Shown: in pieces, positions 60,955 through 64,000 of the stretch
Numbering within the stretch: the first letter of the stretch is position 1
Layout: each line of letters starts with the position of its first letter
Source of the DNA: Williopsis jadinii
Lineage: Eukaryota
Reading direction: 5' to 3'
Assembly: GCA_024346625.1 (NCBI GenBank)
Contig: AP024665.1
Coordinates: forward strand, 496,001-560,000
Length of the DNA: 64,000 nt
Notes under the pieces: generated by a model
The model's database searches: none
The model's input: only the letters and a program-made list of their open reading frames with translations
Told to the model about the DNA's origin: nothing
Program-made: the position numbers and the translations under genes

Positions 60955-63210
60955 ATGGTGGCCTCGCTATCGATAAGGGGAGCTGATTTCATCGATGAGC
61001 AAGGAAGAACAGTGCAACTGAAGGGTATTAATGTGGATGGAGGGAGCAAGTACCCCAAATCACCCAATATGACGTCTCACATCCCAGCGGATGGCCCTGA
61101 TGCGCTGTTCTTCGAAGGAGATTCGGTCTCCTTTGTCGGAAGACCGTTCCCACTAGAGGATGCGCTAGGACATCTACGCAGGATCAAGAGACTTGGTTAT
61201 AACGTTATCCGTTATCTGTTTACGTGGGAAGCTCTGGAGCATGAAGGTCCGGGAAAGTACGACGACGAATTCGTAGACTACACCATCCAGCTCTTGAAGA
61301 TCATAGCCCAGGAAGGAGGACTATACGTGTATTTGGATCCTCATCAAGATGTTTGGAACAGATTCTGTGGGGGCGATGGTGCTCCAATGTGGACTCTATA
61401 CGCTGCAGGATTAGACCCCAAGTGCTTTGAGAAGACAGAGGCCGCTGTGGTGCAGAACTTCTTCCCTCATGATCCTGATGCTTATCCAAAGATGCTGTGG
61501 ACTACAAACTACCACAGGCTGGCCACATCGACAATGTTCACGCTTTTCTTTGCAGGACGGACGTTTGCACCGAGATGTGTGCTGAATGGTGTCAATATTC
61601 AGGATTACCTCCAGTCACACTTCATCAACGCTGTCTCATACCTGCTTACGCACATCAGAAAACAGGCACCGGAGGTTCTGGAAACCACTCTCATCGGTGT
61701 CGAGACAATGAATGAACCCAATGCTGGCTTCATGGGGATCACAGATATCAATGAACTCCCAGAATCACAGAATCTGAAGATCAGTACTACGCCGACTGTA
61801 ATGCAGATGCTCAAGCTGGGCATGGGCATACCTACTGAAGTTGATGAGTATAAGATATCTGTGTTCGGGCCAAAGAAGACAGGGTCCAGGTTCATCGATC
61901 CAGAGGGGGTAACTGCTTGGTTACAGCCTTCTGAATCTCGTGATTCCCACTACGGGTTTGAAAGGGATCCGAGTTGGATATTGGGCAAGTGTATTTGGGA
62001 ATGGCATGGTGTTTGGGACTCCAACGAAGAGAAGCCTCTTATTAATGACTACTTTGCCGTACACCCATTGTCGGGTGCTACTGTGGATGAGGAGTATTTC
62101 ATTAACAACTTCTTTGTTGATCACTTTGCCCAATACAGAGAGGCTGTGAGAGCTGTTATGCCAAATGCCTTCATATTTCTGGAGCCACCTGTGTTGCAAC
62201 TACCTCCAAGGCTCATTGGCACTGATCTAATAGACGACAAGACAGTGTACTGTCCTCATTACTACGATGGAATGTCGCTCATGTTCAAGTCATGGAACAC
62301 CAAGTATAACGTCGATACCCACGGAATCATGAGAAAGAAATACTCTAACCCTGTCTTTGGAATCGTTTTTGGTGAGAAGAACATCAGAAACAGTTTCAGG
62401 AAACAATTGGCAACCATGAAGGAAGAAGGTGAAGAGTACCTGGGAACGATCCCTGTTCTTTTCTCAGAAATTGGAATGCCTTTTGACATGGATAACAAGC
62501 GTGCATACGACGATGACGATTTTTCTTCACAGACTTCAGCATTGGATGCTCTGGGCTATGCACTGGAAGGCTCTAACCTCTCTCATACCTGGTGGTGTTA
62601 TGCCTCTGAGAATTGTCATAAATGGGGTGATCGTTTCAACTGTGAGGATTTCTCATTTTGGTCTATCGATGATGACCTGGATGACTCAACTCTCCCTGGA
62701 TCAAGAGGGTGGGACTCTGCCTTGACCAAGCAACAATACTCTCAGAAGTCAATTGGGCTAGACAGCAGTGATACGGAGACTGTCATAGAATCGTCTAGCA
62801 CGTCGAACAGACAGAGATGCAAGACTGACACACCTTCGAGGACAACAGATGATAAGGCTCATCTGGGTCTTCGTGCAATAGACTCAATCATTAGACCTTA
62901 CCCATTGGGGATAAACGGTGATTTCATTGAAGCAGTATTCGATTTGAAGAACTTGACATATCGCATCAAGCTGGCTGGTAGCGAAGACATGTCGGTGCCA
63001 ACAAAGATATTCTTCCCGGACTGGCATTTCGGTGTAGACTCATCTGTTGAAATCAGTTCAGGATCATACGAATTTTCCGATGACGGGCTTGTCCTCGAGT
63101 GGCTTCATGAGCCGGGTGAACAGACCCTGGTTGTGAAGGCATTTGGATCACAACAGCAGCAGCAGCCGACTAACTTCTTCACATCATTCTTCTCATCTAT
63201 ATGTTCCTGA
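60955..63210 (+). CDS. EGH1: GH5 endoglycoceramidase-related steryl-beta-glucosidase (Egh1/YIR007W)
   Basis: SFVGRPFPL, TWEALEHEGPG.YD, DPHQDVW.R..GG.GAP, acid/base NEP, PHYYDG, nucleophile SEIG; convergent with PRI1 as in S. cerevisiae. Confidence 0.92.
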   Translation: MVASLSIRGADFIDEQGRTVQLKGINVDGGSKYPKSPNMTSHIPADGPDALFFEGDSVSFVGRPFPLEDALGHLRRIKRLGYNVIRYLFTWEALEHEGPGKYDDEFVDYTIQLLKIIAQEGGLYVYLDPHQDVWNRFCGGDGAPMWTLYAAGLDPKCFEKTEAAVVQNFFPHDPDAYPKMLWTTNYHRLATSTMFTLFFAGRTFAPRCVLNGVNIQDYLQSHFINAVSYLLTHIRKQAPEVLETTLIGVETMNEPNAGFMGITDINELPESQNLKISTTPTVMQMLKLGMGIPTEVDEYKISVFGPKKTGSRFIDPEGVTAWLQPSESRDSHYGFERDPSWILGKCIWEWHGVWDSNEEKPLINDYFAVHPLSGATVDEEYFINNFFVDHFAQYREAVRAVMPNAFIFLEPPVLQLPPRLIGTDLIDDKTVYCPHYYDGMSLMFKSWNTKYNVDTHGIMRKKYSNPVFGIVFGEKNIRNSFRKQLATMKEEGEEYLGTIPVLFSEIGMPFDMDNKRAYDDDDFSSQTSALDALGYALEGSNLSHTWWCYASENCHKWGDRFNCEDFSFWSIDDDLDDSTLPGSRGWDSALTKQQYSQKSIGLDSSDTETVIESSSTSNRQRCKTDTPSRTTDDKAHLGLRAIDSIIRPYPLGINGDFIEAVFDLKNLTYRIKLAGSEDMSVPTKIFFPDWHFGVDSSVEISSGSYEFSDDGLVLEWLHEPGEQTLVVKAFGSQQQQQPTNFFTSFFSSICS

Positions 63211-63290
63211 GGCGTGCGAAATAACATGACATTGGTTAAATTTTCTACAATTTTGTCTGTTTTCTGGTTTATAGTAATAGTACACACAGT

Positions 63291-64000
63291 TTAAAACTCA
63301 AGATCTGGTTCTTGCTCATCACGTTCACGCTTACCAGTAACTTCTGAAGCCAATAACCTTTTAACAAATGCTGTGAAAAGATCAGTGTAAGGCTTAAGAC
63401 TTGTCTTGTCCCAATTAGCAACCTTCTTGTCGTCACCACGGTGTTCCTCATCATACTTCAAAAGCTCACCTTGTATCTGACGAAGATTTGGAGATGTCAT
63501 TGGATTAAATTCTTTATTGGCATCAAATGGAACACATACGTTACCTGTTCCAGGGTGGATACAGAACGGCGACTTTAGCAAGTGGATCATCTGACGGGAG
63601 ACTTCAACATCCAAACGTGGGTATACAACTTCCAAAATGATATCTTCTTCAGCCTCGATAACCATTTTTTTGTCATTGGCCTTAGGGAGACGTTGTGCCA
63701 TTGACGAGATGTCTTGGAACTTGTCAAGACTCGATCTGTGTGGCTTTGTTGTCCACTCCTTCTTCAAAGCATCAGTGATTGAGCTGTTTGGGATCTTTGA
63801 GAGAAGATCTTGAATTGCCACTTCGTCGTCACGCCATGGATCCTGTTCCTGGATGATTGTTAGGAAATCAGGCTTCAAAATGTCCAAGGAACGTTGAATA
63901 TGTGGATGCAAAGGACGACGCAAGTTCAATCTCTTCGTGCCTTTGTTTTTCAAAATATCTAGGTATTCCACGATAGCTCTTCTTTTCGATTCGTCTAATG
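63291..64000 (-). CDS. PRI1: DNA primase small subunit, 3' part (5' end beyond the window)
   Basis: RRAIVEYL, YPRLDVEVS..MIHLLKSPFCIHPGTGNVCVP, TSLKPY; frame is open to the window edge. Confidence 0.96.
   Translation of the reverse strand, partial: LDESKRRAIVEYLDILKNKGTKRLNLRRPLHPHIQRSLDILKPDFLTIIQEQDPWRDDEVAIQDLLSKIPNSSITDALKKEWTTKPHRSSLDKFQDISSMAQRLPKANDKKMVIEAEEDIILEVVYPRLDVEVSRQMIHLLKSPFCIHPGTGNVCVPFDANKEFNPMTSPNLRQIQGELLKYDEEHRGDDKKVANWDKTSLKPYTDLFTAFVKRLLASEVTGKRERDEQEPDLEF

Overview
Gene-dense window from a budding yeast (Saccharomycotina) nuclear chromosome. It uses the standard genetic code (CTG reads as Leu in the conserved Spo12 KLNF motif), and the single-copy pre-WGD-style gene order suggests a Cyberlindnera/Wickerhamomyces-like species (inference). 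It holds about 31 protein-coding genes. Block 1 is ALG10-ZPR1-MTC6-RSM27-RPS0-FRE8-AMA1-GPI1-CCH1-SMI1-SPO12-PHB2-NAS6. Block 2 is SNF3/RGT2-NUS1-ARF1-RPL35-UFD2-RBS1-RDI1-[OHCU decarboxylase]-PPH21. These are followed by PRP22, a MATE transporter, a FAS1 protein, APL1, HRQ1, PFK1, SQT1, EGH1 and a partial PRI1. Six spliceosomal introns missed by the ORF track were reconstructed by eye (RPS0, SPO12, ARF1 5'UTR, RPL35, RBS1, APL1). No tRNA, rRNA, transposon or CRISPR was seen. The main leads are: (1) a ~1.15-kb ARF1 5'UTR intron with extensive nested long-range pairing, internal hairpin domains, an internal URS1 site and extra 5' splice sites, a candidate structured regulatory RNA; (2) a perfect Ppr1/UaY-type TCGG-N6-CCGA site in front of a uric-acid catabolism gene; (3) ribosomal-protein promoters mixing Tbf1/Cbf1 with Rap1/IFHL motifs; (4) AMA1 lacking the Mer1-regulated intron. 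Gene identities come from recalled protein motifs and synteny, not from a database search.
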